Source: Spirochaetia bacterium
GTDB lineage: Bacteria; Spirochaetota; Spirochaetia; DSM-16054; Sediminispirochaetaceae
Reading direction: 5' to 3'
Length of the DNA: 64,000 nucleotides
Assembly: GCA_034520965.1 (NCBI GenBank)
Contig: JAXHMY010000001.1
Location: 704,001-768,000 of the forward strand
Below the pieces are notes generated by a model, which saw only the letters and a program-made list of their open reading frames with translations, had not been told where the DNA came from and ran no database searches. The position numbers were made by a program, and so were the translations under genes. Shown one piece after another: positions 10,401 through 21,810 of this stretch. Numbering within the stretch: position 1 is the stretch's first letter; every line of letters begins with the position of its first letter.

Positions 10401-11997
10401 GAGTAATGCTTATCTCTCCTCCGCCCCACCACGATATCTATTCGATCGAAGACTTGGCCCAACTTATTTACGATTTGAAGCACGCCAATCCAAGGGCGAG
10501 GGTATCGGTTAAACTGGTATCTGAGGTAGGCGTCGGAACGATCGCAGCCGGAGTTGCCAAGGGAAAGGCCGATATGGTTCTGATCAGCAGCGGCGAAGGC
10601 GGAACCGGTGCATCCCCTCTCTCTTCACTGCGTCATGCCGGCTCATATTGGGAGCTGGGCTTGGCGGAAACTCAACAAACCCTGGTAAAGAACAACTTGC
10701 GGGGTAATATTCGAGTGCAGGTAGACGGACAGCTGCGCACAGGCCGTGACCTGGTCATCGCCGCCCTTCTGGGTGCCGAGGAGTTTGGTTTTGGAACGGT
10801 GACTCTGGTCAGTATCGGCTGTGTCCTGATGCGGCAATGTCACCTTAATAGCTGCCCGGTGGGCATAGCTACCCAGGATCCGGAGCTGCGGGATCGCTTT
10901 AAAGGAAAAACCGCAAACACCTAATGAACTCTATGCTCTTTTTAGCCCGGGAAGTGCGGGAAATTATGGCCTCATTCAGGCTTCCGGCGCTTTGATGAGA
11001 TGGTGGGGCGGGTAGATATGCTCAATATGAACAGAGTCATCACCCATTACAAGGCCAGGGGCTTAGATTTTGCTAATCTGCTGAAGCCCTCATTTCAAAC
11101 ATCAAGCAAACCGGAGGTGCCCATCCGCTGCATAGAACAGATTAAACCGGATTTTAGTGCTGTCCTCGATAGCCGACTGATAGAAGAAGCGCAGAACGCC
11201 ATTATAGACCAGCGGCCAGTGATCTTAAAAGCTGAGGTGAGAAATTACAACCGGGCTATCGGAGCCATGTTGAGCGGCGAAATTTCCCGCCGCTATGGTG
11301 AAGCGGGGCTCCCCGAGGATTGTATCACCGTGTATATGCAGGGATCGGCAGGACAGAGTTTTGGAGCCTTCCTGGGCCCATGGGGTGAGCTTTAGGCTGG
11401 AGGGAGAGGCGAACGATTACTTCGGAAAGGGTCTATCCGGGGGCAAACTGATTCTCCGCCCGCCGGAGGGTTCGAAATTCCTGGCACACAAAAATATTAT
11501 TACCGGCAACGTAAACCTGTTTGGAGCTACCGCAGGGGAGGCCTACATAAATGGAACCGCCGGTGAACGATTTGCCGTCCGCAACAGCGGCGCTACTGCG
11601 GTAGTTGAAGGGGTTGGGGATCACGGCTGTGAGTACATGACCGGCGGGGCGGTTATAGTCCTCGGACAAACCGGAATCAACTTCGCCGCCGGCATGAGCG
11701 GGGGTGTGGCCTATGTGCTTGATGAAAACCAGCTGTTCGATACCCATTGTAACCTTGAAATGGTGGATATTGAACAGATCACCGAAAAGAGGGATGAAGA
11801 TTTTCTCAAAAAGTGCATCCAACGCCACATTGAATATACCGGAAGCCGCCATGCACAAGAACTTCCTGCGGATGTGGGATGAGATAGTACCTCTGTTCGT
11901 AAAGGTGATGCCTCTTGACTATCGAAGTGCTCTGTTGAAGGCGGAATCTGAGTCGAACAACTCGGCGGAACTAAATATATCCGGCATAAGGAGCTAA
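7466..11997 (+). CDS. gltB: Glutamate synthase large subunit, split by about six frameshifts
   Basis: Consecutive ORF fragments carry [66 protein letters not shown] and GXGXG motifs; GGAGG RBS; followed by gltD. Confidence 0.93.
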
Positions 11998-11999
11998 AC

Positions 12000-13427
12000 A
12001 TGGGAGAATTACGAGGGTTTTTAAAATATCAACAGAAGGTCTCCGGTTATCGGGATGTTGAGGAGCGACTTAAGGACTACCGCGAGGTCGTAAAGCGGCT
12101 CCCCCGACAGGAGCTCACTGAGCAGGCTGCCCGCTGTATGGATTGCGGAACTCCCTTCTGCCACTCCTTCGGCTGCACCCTGGCAAATCTTATTCCTGAA
12201 TGGAACGACGCAGTCTATCGCGGATTATGGGATGAGGCCTATGACCGGTTGGAACTGACCAGTAATTTTCCCGAGATAACCGGAAGAATTTGCCCGGCCC
12301 CCTGCGAAAGCTCCTGTACCCTTTCAATCAACGATGCGCCGGTGAGCATTAAGGAAATTGAACTTGCGGTAATTGAACATGCATTCTCCCAAGACTGGGT
12401 TGTTCCGCAAATACCCCGGCAGGAATCGGGAAAGAAGGTGGCGGTAGTCGGTTCGGGCCCGGCCGGTTTGGCAGCCGCCCAACAGCTGCGGCGAATGGGA
12501 CACCAGGTAACCGTGTATGAAAAAGACAGTGCCCCCGGGGGTATTCTGCGCTTCGGAATTCCGGAGTTTAAATTGGAGAAGGCGGTTATTGATCGAAGAC
12601 TGAAAATTTTTCAGCAAGAGGGAATTGAGTTTGAAACCAATGTCGTAGTAGGTGAAGATTGTAACCCGTTGTTGAAGCGTACCCACGATGCGGTGGTTCT
12701 GACCTTGGGCTGCCGGGTTCCGCGTCCGGTCCCGGTTCCAGGAAGCCAGTCCGACGGTGTGTATTTTGCCCTTGACTATCTTACCCAGGCCACCAAAAAC
12801 CTCTACGCTGAACTTTCGCCCCAGGAGATTGTAAGTGCAAAGGACAAAACAGTGTTGGTTCTCGGCGGCGGAGATACAGGAGCTGACTGTGTCGGCACTG
12901 CCAACCGTCAGGGGGCAAAAAAGGTGTACCAGTTTGAGATTATGCCTAAACCAGATGAATGGGATAAGCCCTGGAACCCGGAGTGGCCTTACTATCCAAA
13001 AATTTATCGCAGCTCATCCAGTCACCATGAGGGCTGTGAACGCCGCTGGCAAATTAAGACGAAACAACTTTACGGGCGGGGAGTCAGTATAGAGAAGGGC
13101 ATCTTTTGTGAGATACAATGGAAAAAAGACCCGTCAGGCCGACCGCAGCAGCAGGAAATTCCCGGTACCGAGTTTACCCTGGATATCGATATGGTACTGA
13201 TTGCCGCCGGTTTTGTTCAGGTAGAGCCTTCTAAGCTGTTGAAAGATTTTAATCTGGAGCTCAACGAACGAGGCACCATTAGTATAGATAAAAACTTTCA
13301 CACCAGTACCGAGGGGGTATTTGCCGCCGGTGATGCGGTGAGTGGAGCCTCGTTGGTGGTGAAAGCCATGAATCACATGAATCAAGGGCGAAGTCTGGCG
13401 GACAAGGTAAACGAATACCTGTGGTAG
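12000..13427 (+). CDS. gltD: Glutamate synthase small subunit
   Basis: QAARCMDCGTPFCH, GRICPAPCE, GSGPAGLAAA, GGGDTGADC and VFAAGD motifs. Confidence 0.95.
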   Translation: MGELRGFLKYQQKVSGYRDVEERLKDYREVVKRLPRQELTEQAARCMDCGTPFCHSFGCTLANLIPEWNDAVYRGLWDEAYDRLELTSNFPEITGRICPAPCESSCTLSINDAPVSIKEIELAVIEHAFSQDWVVPQIPRQESGKKVAVVGSGPAGLAAAQQLRRMGHQVTVYEKDSAPGGILRFGIPEFKLEKAVIDRRLKIFQQEGIEFETNVVVGEDCNPLLKRTHDAVVLTLGCRVPRPVPVPGSQSDGVYFALDYLTQATKNLYAELSPQEIVSAKDKTVLVLGGGDTGADCVGTANRQGAKKVYQFEIMPKPDEWDKPWNPEWPYYPKIYRSSSSHHEGCERRWQIKTKQLYGRGVSIEKGIFCEIQWKKDPSGRPQQQEIPGTEFTLDIDMVLIAAGFVQVEPSKLLKDFNLELNERGTISIDKNFHTSTEGVFAAGDAVSGASLVVKAMNHMNQGRSLADKVNEYLW

Positions 13428-13448
13428 TCTGTGTATTTGCCCCTTTCT

Positions 13449-14616
13449 TCAACCTCGTAGGAAACGTAAAGCCGTTCGGACATGCAGCTCCACTCCTAGG
13501 GGCAACACATCTTCGTCGATATTGAACTTAGGATGATGGTGCGGATAATCTGAGCCGGCCTCCGGATTTTTAACTCCTACAAAGGAGAAAGCCCCGGGTG
13601 CATCCTGCAGATAGTCGCAAAAATCCTCGCCTGCCATTGTGTGAATCAAACCGGGTGACTTTGGTATTGTCTCCAAGGGTTTCCTCGGCGGCGGCACGTA
13701 CCAGGTCCGCTGATGCGGGGTCGTTCGACAACAGATTGTTGCCTACCTTGTAATTAAGCTCATAGCTTACCCGATGGGCTTCGCATGTATGAGAAATAAT
13801 CCGCTCAAAGCGCTCAAGCACTTCCTCGCCCCCTTCGTAAAGAAAGCGTATAGAGCCTTTCATCTCTACCTTCTCCGGGACAATCGTCATATTGCTGCCG
13901 GCATGAAACTCGGTAAACATAATCACCGCCGGGTTAAGGGCATCTATTTCACGGGTTTGCACAGCCTGTACCGACTGCACAATATTCGTTGCTGCAAAGA
14001 TAGGGTCTACCGACTCGTGGGCAAAACCGGCATGACCGCCCCGCCCTTTAATTGTAAGATAAAAGTAGTGGCTGGCCGCCATTTGCGGTCCATCCACGAT
14101 ATCCACATAACCGGAGGGGGTTTGCGACCAGAGATGTACTCCGAAAGCTCCATCTACCTTTGGATTTTCCATCACCCCCTCTTCTATCAGCTTAAACGCT
14201 CCGGCATCCTCTTCGTTCGGTTGAAACACGAACTTAATGGATCCTTCAATCTCGTCCTTCATCTCCGTCAAGACTTTAGCCGCCACCAGCAGCATCGACA
14301 TGTGTCCATCATGACCGCAAGCGTGCATTTTTCCCTTCTCCTCCGATGCAAAGGGCAGCCCCGTCTCTTCCTGTACCGGCAGGGCATCCATATCTGAACG
14401 CAACAGGACTGTCTTACCGGGTTTTTTACCGCGGAGGAGTGCAACCACACCGCTTCCGGCAATTTTAGAAACTTCGAGGCCCAAGTTACTCAGGTATTCC
14501 AGCACCTGCTCCTGAGACCAGTATTCTTCAAACCCCAGTTCCGGATGTCGGTGAAATTTCCTGCGCAACTCTATAAGCTCATCTTTTAATTCGTTGATTC
14601 GTTTTTTGATCTCCAT
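13449..14616 (-). CDS. M20D amidohydrolase, frameshifted near 13650
   Basis: HRHPELGFEE, RSDMDALP, MHACGHDGH and FQPNEE; the C-terminal AGEDF...PHHHPKFNIDE lies in a second frame. Confidence 0.88.
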
Positions 14617-14627
14617 ATCATCCTCCC

Positions 14628-14664
14628 AAAAGTGGGGGACACCTCATTGGCATCCCCCACAAAA
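14628..14664 (-). terminator. GC hairpin with a short U tract between the AGCS symporter and the amidohydrolase
   Basis: Minus strand gtgggggatgcc-aatga-ggtgtcccccac-tttt, directly before the GGAGG RBS of the amidohydrolase. Confidence 0.5.
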
Positions 14665-14693
14665 GTAGACACAAATTTAGTCGTTCATGCCTA

Positions 14694-16049
14694 TTATTTG
14701 TCTACGTAATTCGCAAAAAAGTCTTTGGTAAGAGAAACCACCGTTTTATAGAGGGCTATAATTACCACTAAGTTGATGGCCACTGTTATTCCCATAAAGG
14801 CGTCTAAAAGACTCCATACCTGCTGCAGCCCGCCGACGGCTCCACCTACAAGAACCAACAGAAAAATTATGCGGACAGGGTAAATAACTTTGTTGCCAAA
14901 GCAGTACACAGCACCGGTTTCGCTATAAAACTCGGCTGCCAGAATTGTGGTATAAGCAAAGAACATAATAGAGATGGTAACAATTAAGTCTCCGGGTCCC
15001 GGAAGGCCGGTCTGGAATGCAGAGGCGGTAAGGCTTGCTCCAACTTCTCCGCTGGGGATGACACCGGTAATTACAATTACCAAACCGGTCATGGTACATA
15101 CAATAATGGTATCTACAAATACCTCAAAGATACCCCACATACCCTGTCGAACGGGATGGTCGGTAGTGGCGGTGGCGTGTGCAACAGGAGAAGTACCCAT
15201 ACCGGCTTCATTAGAATAGACACCCCGGGCAAACCCGTTTTGTATAACTATCATTATAGTTGACCCGGCAAATCCACCAGCCGGAGCCATTCCGGTAAAA
15301 GCGGTTTTTACGATAGTTGCCAGTGCAGCGGGAACTTCGACGATATTGGTGATTATAATAATCAGCGCAGCAACGGTATAAATTACCGCCATGAGCGGGA
15401 CAAGTTTCTCCGCTACTTTACCAATCCGTTTAATTCCACCCAGAATTACCAGTCCGGCCAAAACGGCAATTATAATACCAACTATCAGTTTATCGCCGCC
15501 AAAGGAGTGTTCGACCACATCTGCAATTGAGTTTGACTGTACCGCGCCGCTGATAAGGAACTGCAGGAAGAACAGAAGGCTCCAGAAGAAGGCCAGCCAG
15601 CGCCAGTTGCTTCCAAGGCCTTTCTTGACAATGTACATAAAACCACCGCGATACGTACCGGTTTCAGGATCTTTTTCCCGGTAATGGATACCCAGCACAA
15701 TTTCGGCGTATTTTGCAACAGCAGCTAAAAGAGCCACCACCCACATCCAGAAAAGAGCACCGGCACCACCAATTGCTACAGCAACACCAACACCGGCAAT
15801 ATTACCGGTTCCCAGGGTTCCGGCTAAAGCCGAGGCGGCTGCTTGAAAGGGAGTAAGGTTACCTTCTCCCCTTGTTGTTTTATCCAGCATTTTTCCAAAG
15901 GTATTTTTCACAATAAAGCCAAAGTGGCTGAACTGAAAAAACCTGAGTACCACCGAATAAAAGATCACGGTAATCGTGATAATGATAACCAGCGGCCAGC
16001 CCCAAATAAAGCCAACGAAGCCGTTCACAACACCCATAATCGCATCCAT
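14694..16049 (-). CDS. Alanine/glycine:cation symporter (AGCS family)
   Basis: LAGTLGTGNIAGV, GGAGALFWMW, RGVYSNEAGMG and EVFVDTIIVCTMT motifs; AGGAGG before ATG 16049. Confidence 0.93.
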   Translation of the reverse strand: MDAIMGVVNGFVGFIWGWPLVIIITITVIFYSVVLRFFQFSHFGFIVKNTFGKMLDKTTRGEGNLTPFQAAASALAGTLGTGNIAGVGVAVAIGGAGALFWMWVVALLAAVAKYAEIVLGIHYREKDPETGTYRGGFMYIVKKGLGSNWRWLAFFWSLLFFLQFLISGAVQSNSIADVVEHSFGGDKLIVGIIIAVLAGLVILGGIKRIGKVAEKLVPLMAVIYTVAALIIIITNIVEVPAALATIVKTAFTGMAPAGGFAGSTIMIVIQNGFARGVYSNEAGMGTSPVAHATATTDHPVRQGMWGIFEVFVDTIIVCTMTGLVIVITGVIPSGEVGASLTASAFQTGLPGPGDLIVTISIMFFAYTTILAAEFYSETGAVYCFGNKVIYPVRIIFLLVLVGGAVGGLQQVWSLLDAFMGITVAINLVVIIALYKTVVSLTKDFFANYVDK

Positions 16050-16363
16050 AGAAACCTCCTTCACTGTTTAAAAAAGTTTTTTTGCTATACATCCCCCTCG
16101 TCCAGTTCTGACTGATCCAGGAGTGGTGTATTTACCACCACACTTTGTTTCACTATTTGAACAGGTGTTTATATAGCATACATTTATTGTCAGGGGAGAG
16201 TGGATATTTGTCAAGAAAAAAGCAGCCCTTATCATCAGTACTAATTTTTTTTGCTCGACATGAAGTACGCTCCTGCCCCGATAGAGCACCTCCGGCAATG
16301 TGCTCTTGTATTCTTTAAAAAAGCTATTAGAATTGCTGTAAAGACTTGGCTCAGGAGTTGGGC

Positions 16364-17728
16364 ATGAAAATAATCGTTGGCCACACCAATATGGACCTCG
16401 ACTGCATGGGTTCTATTGTGCTTGCAAAATATCTCTTTCCGGACCATAAACCTGTGAAGAGCCGTCTGGTACACCCAGTTGCGAAAAAGCTGCAGAACCT
16501 GTACCAGAATCAACTTAATTTTCTTAACCCGAAAGATCTAAAGGGTGAACACATTGAAAGAATGGTAATACTCGATACCCGCACCTACAGTCGGGTGAAG
16601 GAGTATTTCGAGTTTATCCACAATGAAGATATTGAGTATGAAATCTACGACCATCATCCCAACGACGAGGTCAGCTTTCCGAATGCCCAGCTCCACGCCA
16701 TCCCCTGCGGATCCAACACCACTCAGCTGGGACTGGAGATCATGCGGAGGGGCATACAGATTACACCGGAAGATGCAACCATTGCCCTTACCGGCATTTA
16801 TGCCGATACCGGAAATTTTACTCATGAGAATGTGGTTCAAACAGATTTTGAGGTATCCGGATTTCTAATAGAGGCAGGGGCATCTTTAAAGCTGGTGAAA
16901 ACCTTTCTGACGCCCCTGGCGGGTAAGTATCAAATTACCCTGTTTCACGAGCTGCTTAATCGGCTGGAGTACCGAACAATTCACGGCCATCAGGTTATCA
17001 CCAGTTACTGGGAAATAGAAACCGAGTCGGAAGGTATTGGCGCCGTGGTGGAAAAGGTGTTTGAAGTAGAGAACCAGGATGTCTATTTTGGGGTCTTTCA
17101 TTTTACACATAAAAAAAAGACGCTCATTATCGCCCGCAACCAAAAAGACAATATCCATCTCAATGAAATCTTAAAGGACTTTGGCGGCGGTGGTCACGAA
17201 AAGGCTGCCTCGGCGACTGTCAAGAATGAGCTGGGAAAAGCGGTATACGATAAGCTGCTCGAGTATCTCGACAAAATTCTTGCCCCGGCGGTTACTGCTG
17301 TCGAAATAATGAGCCGGCCGGTCAAAGTAATGGATGCTTCGGCAAGCTTGCTAGAAGCCTCCAAATACATGGAAGAGATTAGCCATACCGGCCTGCCGGT
17401 AGTCGACACGGACCATCATCTGGTAGGTTTCCTGACCCTGCGGGATATTATGAAAGGCCGCCGTGCGAATCAGATGCACGCTCCCGTAAAGGCTTACATG
17501 AACAAACAACTTATAACCGCTCAACCGGAGGTCACCATTCGTCAGGTAGAGGAGCTGCTGTTCGGCAATAACATCGGTCACCTGCCTATAGTAAGCGAAG
17601 GACAAATAGTGGGAATACTCACCCGTACCGATTATCTTAATTTTCGACAGACCGAGAGTAAAAAGCGCCGGACGGTTCTGCAGGATATTGGATTTAATGT
17701 GCACGAACCGGTTAAATCTTACTCTTAA
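16364..17728 (+). CDS. DHH/DHHA1 phosphoesterase with a C-terminal CBS pair
   Basis: GHTNMDLD, YDHH, GIYADTGNF and GGGGHEKAASA followed by two CBS motifs; AGGAG RBS. Confidence 0.88.
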   Translation: MKIIVGHTNMDLDCMGSIVLAKYLFPDHKPVKSRLVHPVAKKLQNLYQNQLNFLNPKDLKGEHIERMVILDTRTYSRVKEYFEFIHNEDIEYEIYDHHPNDEVSFPNAQLHAIPCGSNTTQLGLEIMRRGIQITPEDATIALTGIYADTGNFTHENVVQTDFEVSGFLIEAGASLKLVKTFLTPLAGKYQITLFHELLNRLEYRTIHGHQVITSYWEIETESEGIGAVVEKVFEVENQDVYFGVFHFTHKKKTLIIARNQKDNIHLNEILKDFGGGGHEKAASATVKNELGKAVYDKLLEYLDKILAPAVTAVEIMSRPVKVMDASASLLEASKYMEEISHTGLPVVDTDHHLVGFLTLRDIMKGRRANQMHAPVKAYMNKQLITAQPEVTIRQVEELLFGNNIGHLPIVSEGQIVGILTRTDYLNFRQTESKKRRTVLQDIGFNVHEPVKSYS

Positions 17729-19472
17729 GACATGTTCCGGTAAATCACATCAAACTCCGGATGTACCCTCTCAAAGGCTTCCATTACATCAGTCCCAAAC
17801 CGCTCCGCACCGGCAGTTCCACTGCGATCGTCCGTACGTATAAGGGCTGCCGTCTCTGCATGACCTTTGGCAGGCTTGTACTGCCGGCGTGAACGCAGGG
17901 CGTCATAATTGTCGGCCAATGAGACAATCCGCGCCACCAGAGGAATTTCCTCGCCCCGGGCCGGTCTGAAGGCTGCATAATAGTCGGTCTCTTTGCTGGA
18001 TAACTCCGCCAGGCTTCCATCGCTTTGGATGATATCGGGATATCCGGCTCCATTCCACTGCTGATGATGATACAGTGCTATTTCAAAGGCCATAGATAAA
18101 CGCGGCTCCGGTTCAGAGCAGCAGCCCATCATTCTTTCAATGATTTGTGCACCAAAGATGGTATGCATCTGCATCTCCCGTCGCTCATCAGGGGTAAAAG
18201 TGCGCTCAAGTTTAATCAGGTGGGGTATGGCAACCTTCCCGATGTCGTGCATGGCAGCAACCTGGCCAATTTGGTGCTGCTCTTGATGTGTCAGTCCCAG
18301 CTCTTTGGCCAGGAGCTCGGAATAGCGATTTACCCGCAAAATATGCTCCCCGGTAATTTCATCGCTGTATTCGGCTGCGGCGCATAAGCCGGTCACCGAC
18401 TGCATAAATTTTCTTTCATTTTGGTTGGCAAGCCCAATAAGGGAGCTTACCGAACGGGCGCTATTGGCCAAAACTTCCATGGCAAGGACATCTCCGGATC
18501 CAATCGAACGATCCAGATTGAAGGCGATGATGGACACTTCAGCTTCATGGTAATTGATAAAATTCTCGATAGGAGCTCCGATAAACTCCGTCACCTGTGG
18601 ATCAAAGGGATACTGTTGTTGAAATTCCACATCACTCTGTTCAATGCTCTTTTCGGCATATGTGATGCGTCCCTCCTTACGCGAGAGCCAGATAGGCGCC
18701 TTAGAGTCGGGGGACACCACCACTTTCTCGGAACTCACTAGCCCCCCGTCCTGTAATTTGTACACATTACCCGTAAGACTATCGTCTTCTGAGAACTTGG
18801 CAATAAACACCGCAGAATAGCCAAGTTCCAGGATAAGTCCTGATAGCTTTTGAAAGCTGGTATCCTGTTCAATGAGTGAGGGTAATTCCACCATGATTTG
18901 ATTACTAAACTCGCGTATCTTCGCCAACTTGTTGTCTAATTCTTGACGCTGGGTTATATCTTCGAACCAGACCAAAAGGCACTCATCATCCGGGTTCTGC
19001 CCAACCTTCACCTTATACCAGCGATCAAACTTAGGGAATAACTCTCCACCTCAATATTTCCGTTGGATCGAGTTCGAGTAGCCGAATTTATCCGACTATG
19101 CGCTTCAGTATCAATAATCTGTTCAATATGGGTAATACCGCGTTTTTTGAACTCCTCTTTGGTACGACCGGCAGACAGCAATATTTTTCCATCCCGACCC
19201 ATCACAAAGGCAGGATCATTTCGGCGGGCAGGAAGAGAAAGAAGCATTTGAGAAAAACGGTTCTGATACTTTACATACGCCTTCGAGAGGGCCTGCACAA
19301 AAATCGGGACAATGTAGGGTACCGGAGAGGAAAGGATAGAGGCCCCCTGCAGCAGCTGGATCAGCACGCCGATGCCGGCGGCTATAATATAGTTAGCCGG
19401 CAGCATAAACTCTTTTCCCAAAAAAGCCGGATAGCTGCCGAAACGTACAGTTTTTCGATTGTACAAACTCAC
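17725..19472 (-). CDS. Membrane-anchored HD-GYP phosphodiesterase, frameshifted near 19030
   Basis: EITGEHILRV, MHDIGK, HHQQWNGAGYP and ARIVSLADNYDAL; the hydrophobic, PAS-like N-terminus is in adjacent ORF 19008-19472. Confidence 0.82.
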
Positions 19473-20515
19473 TCCATGTAGCCCTTTTGCGGGAAGAGGT
19501 CGTATTGCTTCAGAAGTTCGGCTAATGTATCCAGCATATCTGCAGGGATTCGGTTGCCGGAATGGGTCAGAGGGGCCGAAGCCTTTTGGTACTCCGCAGC
19601 ATAGGCCATTATGTGGTCCACCGCCTTATTTGCATTTGCAAAGGGATTGCCGAAGGAAAGGGTTGCCACCGTTGAAAAGGCGGTCTTTACCACGGTGGAT
19701 AAGGTATCCGATACCCGTCGGGCCTCTTCTTCCGCTTTAGCAGCCTCAGCTGAATAGGCCCCACCGGCCCCCCGGCTTGCAGCCAATGAGCTTAATTCGA
19801 TTATCGAGGAGAGTTGCGGGGCAAAGCAGTTGGCGGTGCTCAACAAAAAGCCGTGATATGGCCCTCCGAAACCCTGCAGCCAGCGGGCATAGTTACCCTC
19901 TGCACCCCGTACCAGGAACAGGTCGTCCGGCAGCTGGCCGGATAGGGCCACCTTATCCTCGCCGCTGGTATCTTTGAAAAGATAAAAATTGGGATACTTT
20001 TTAGCCAGTTCAACCGCAGTCGACGGTTCAATCTCGTTTTCGGTTACCTGGGGCAGCTGATAGAGAGAGGTCGGGACTCCCTGCTCCAGCACTTCCGATA
20101 AATCGCTGTGTATCTCCTGCTGGGACAGGCTGCTGCCGTGGGGAGCGGTAACCGTTACCCCGGTGTAGGCGGGGGTCGTATCTATCGTATAACGCCGGCC
20201 AATAGCCTTTACTGATTCGGCTGCTTTCCCGCGTCCGGTCTCTAACACACCTATTAACAAATGACCATTTATTTCTTCCGCCATTGGCAACAGCAGCTCA
20301 ACCAGCTCAAATCGCTCCTCCGAGCTCATCTCCCACCCGTCACCGGTAGAGCCCGGGGCGAGGTAAGCCTGAACATATGGGGAAATATGGTCAATATGGG
20401 CGGCGGTTCGCTCGGAATTAAATTTGCCCGAATCGGCATAATGAGATATTAAGGGGCACCATAATGTAGGAATTCCCTGTGGAAATACACGTGTAAAATA
20501 ATCTTTTCTTCGCAT
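19469..20515 (-). CDS. DapA/NAL-family (dihydrodipicolinate synthase-like) aldolase/lyase
   Basis: PGSTGDGW, YQLPQVT and FKDTSG (Schiff-base Lys); divergent from true DapA (GTTGE). Confidence 0.8.
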   Translation of the reverse strand: MRRKDYFTRVFPQGIPTLWCPLISHYADSGKFNSERTAAHIDHISPYVQAYLAPGSTGDGWEMSSEERFELVELLLPMAEEINGHLLIGVLETGRGKAAESVKAIGRRYTIDTTPAYTGVTVTAPHGSSLSQQEIHSDLSEVLEQGVPTSLYQLPQVTENEIEPSTAVELAKKYPNFYLFKDTSGEDKVALSGQLPDDLFLVRGAEGNYARWLQGFGGPYHGFLLSTANCFAPQLSSIIELSSLAASRGAGGAYSAEAAKAEEEARRVSDTLSTVVKTAFSTVATLSFGNPFANANKAVDHIMAYAAEYQKASAPLTHSGNRIPADMLDTLAELLKQYDLFPQKGYME

Positions 20516-20613
20516 TCATCGCCTCCGCCGGAAATGTTGTCTAGAAGTATAGTAGAAGAGAACTGAAGAACAAACAAGTTTACAGTTCTAATAAAGTTTT
20601 TTATAATAGGAAT

Positions 20614-21786
20614 ATGCAATATCGACCATTTGGAAAGCTTAACTGGCGGGCTTCGGCCCTCGGATTCGGGGCTATGCGCATGCCCACTGTGGATAATGAC
20701 CCGGCTCACATTGATGAAGAGCCTGCGCGTGAGATGATACGGACCGCCATAGACCAAGGGGTAAACTATGTGGATACCGCTTTTCCCTACCACCGTGAGG
20801 CGGGAGAAGCGTTTGTAGGAAGAGCTCTGCAGGACGGATACCGTCAAAAGGTGAAGCTGGCCACAAAACTCCCTATTTGGAAGGTAGAGCAGCAGTCGGA
20901 TTTTTTCCGTTTTCTCGATATCCAACTGCAACGACTGGATACCGAGCATATCGATTTTTACCTCATTCACGCATTGGACGCAGAGCGCTGGGAGAAGTCC
21001 AAGCGCCTTAAAATAATGGAGGCCGCCGAAAGGGCTCAGGCTGAAGGACTAATCGGGCACATCGGATTTTCTTTCCACGATGAATATCCGGTTTTTGAAC
21101 AGATTCTAGACGAATACGGGGGCTGGGAATTTTGCCAGATTCAGTACAATTTTATGGATACCGAGTACCAAGCCGGGCGCAGGGGGCTGCGTGAAGCCTC
21201 TGCACGCGGACTGGCTGTGATTGTGATGGAACCCTTAAAGGGCGGGCAAATTGCCGCCGAACCTCCCCAGACGGTAAAGCCGGTACTGGAACAGCTGGGT
21301 GCCGAAAGACGCACAAACGGTCATGTAGATTTGGCCTTAAAGTGGGTATGGGACCAGCCGGAGGTATCCCTGGTTCTCAGCGGTATGAGCAGTATGGAAC
21401 AGGTACAGCAGAACCTGGCGAGTGCGAATGAATCGGCAGCCCGTGCTTTTTCCACCGAAACCCACATTCTGTTTGAACAGATGCGCGAAATGTACAACTC
21501 ACTGCGCAAAGTAAACTGTACCGGCTGCGGTTATTGTATGCCCTGCCCCAGCGGTGTAAATATTCCCCGGATCCTGCGTTTGTACAATGATCTGTACATG
21601 TATGACGACCAGCAGCAGCCGCGGAAGGTGTACAACTACATACTGGATGCCGAAGAGAGGGCCGACCGGTGCACCGAGTGTGGAGTCTGCGAGAAGGCCT
21701 GTCCCCAGCACATCTCAATCATTGAGTCGCTGAAAGACGCACATGCACTGCTCAGCGGTTCTAAGCCGGCAGAGGAAAGCCGGTAA
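20614..21786 (+). CDS. Aldo/keto reductase with C-terminal 4Fe-4S dicluster
   Basis: LGFGAMRMP, NYVDTAFPY, VMEPLKGG; CTGCGYCMPCP and CTECGVCEKACP. Confidence 0.92.
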   Translation: MQYRPFGKLNWRASALGFGAMRMPTVDNDPAHIDEEPAREMIRTAIDQGVNYVDTAFPYHREAGEAFVGRALQDGYRQKVKLATKLPIWKVEQQSDFFRFLDIQLQRLDTEHIDFYLIHALDAERWEKSKRLKIMEAAERAQAEGLIGHIGFSFHDEYPVFEQILDEYGGWEFCQIQYNFMDTEYQAGRRGLREASARGLAVIVMEPLKGGQIAAEPPQTVKPVLEQLGAERRTNGHVDLALKWVWDQPEVSLVLSGMSSMEQVQQNLASANESAARAFSTETHILFEQMREMYNSLRKVNCTGCGYCMPCPSGVNIPRILRLYNDLYMYDDQQQPRKVYNYILDAEERADRCTECGVCEKACPQHISIIESLKDAHALLSGSKPAEESR

Positions 21787-21810
21787 AATTTTTAAAAGGG
21801 AATAGTGACT

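Noticed and set aside
8600..11900. Programmed frameshifting or a naturally split gltB
   Set aside because: Breaks fall inside domains, have no RBS or slippery-site-plus-structure signal, and match the window-wide indel pattern
16065..16345. Glycine riboswitch upstream of the AGCS symporter
   Set aside because: No GGAGA/CGAAG/CTCAGG cores seen; only a TTGACA-17-GACAAT promoter and a small hairpin. An Infernal scan would be decisive
19469..20515. Calling this gene dapA
   Set aside because: Divergent active-site motifs and no lysine-pathway neighbours
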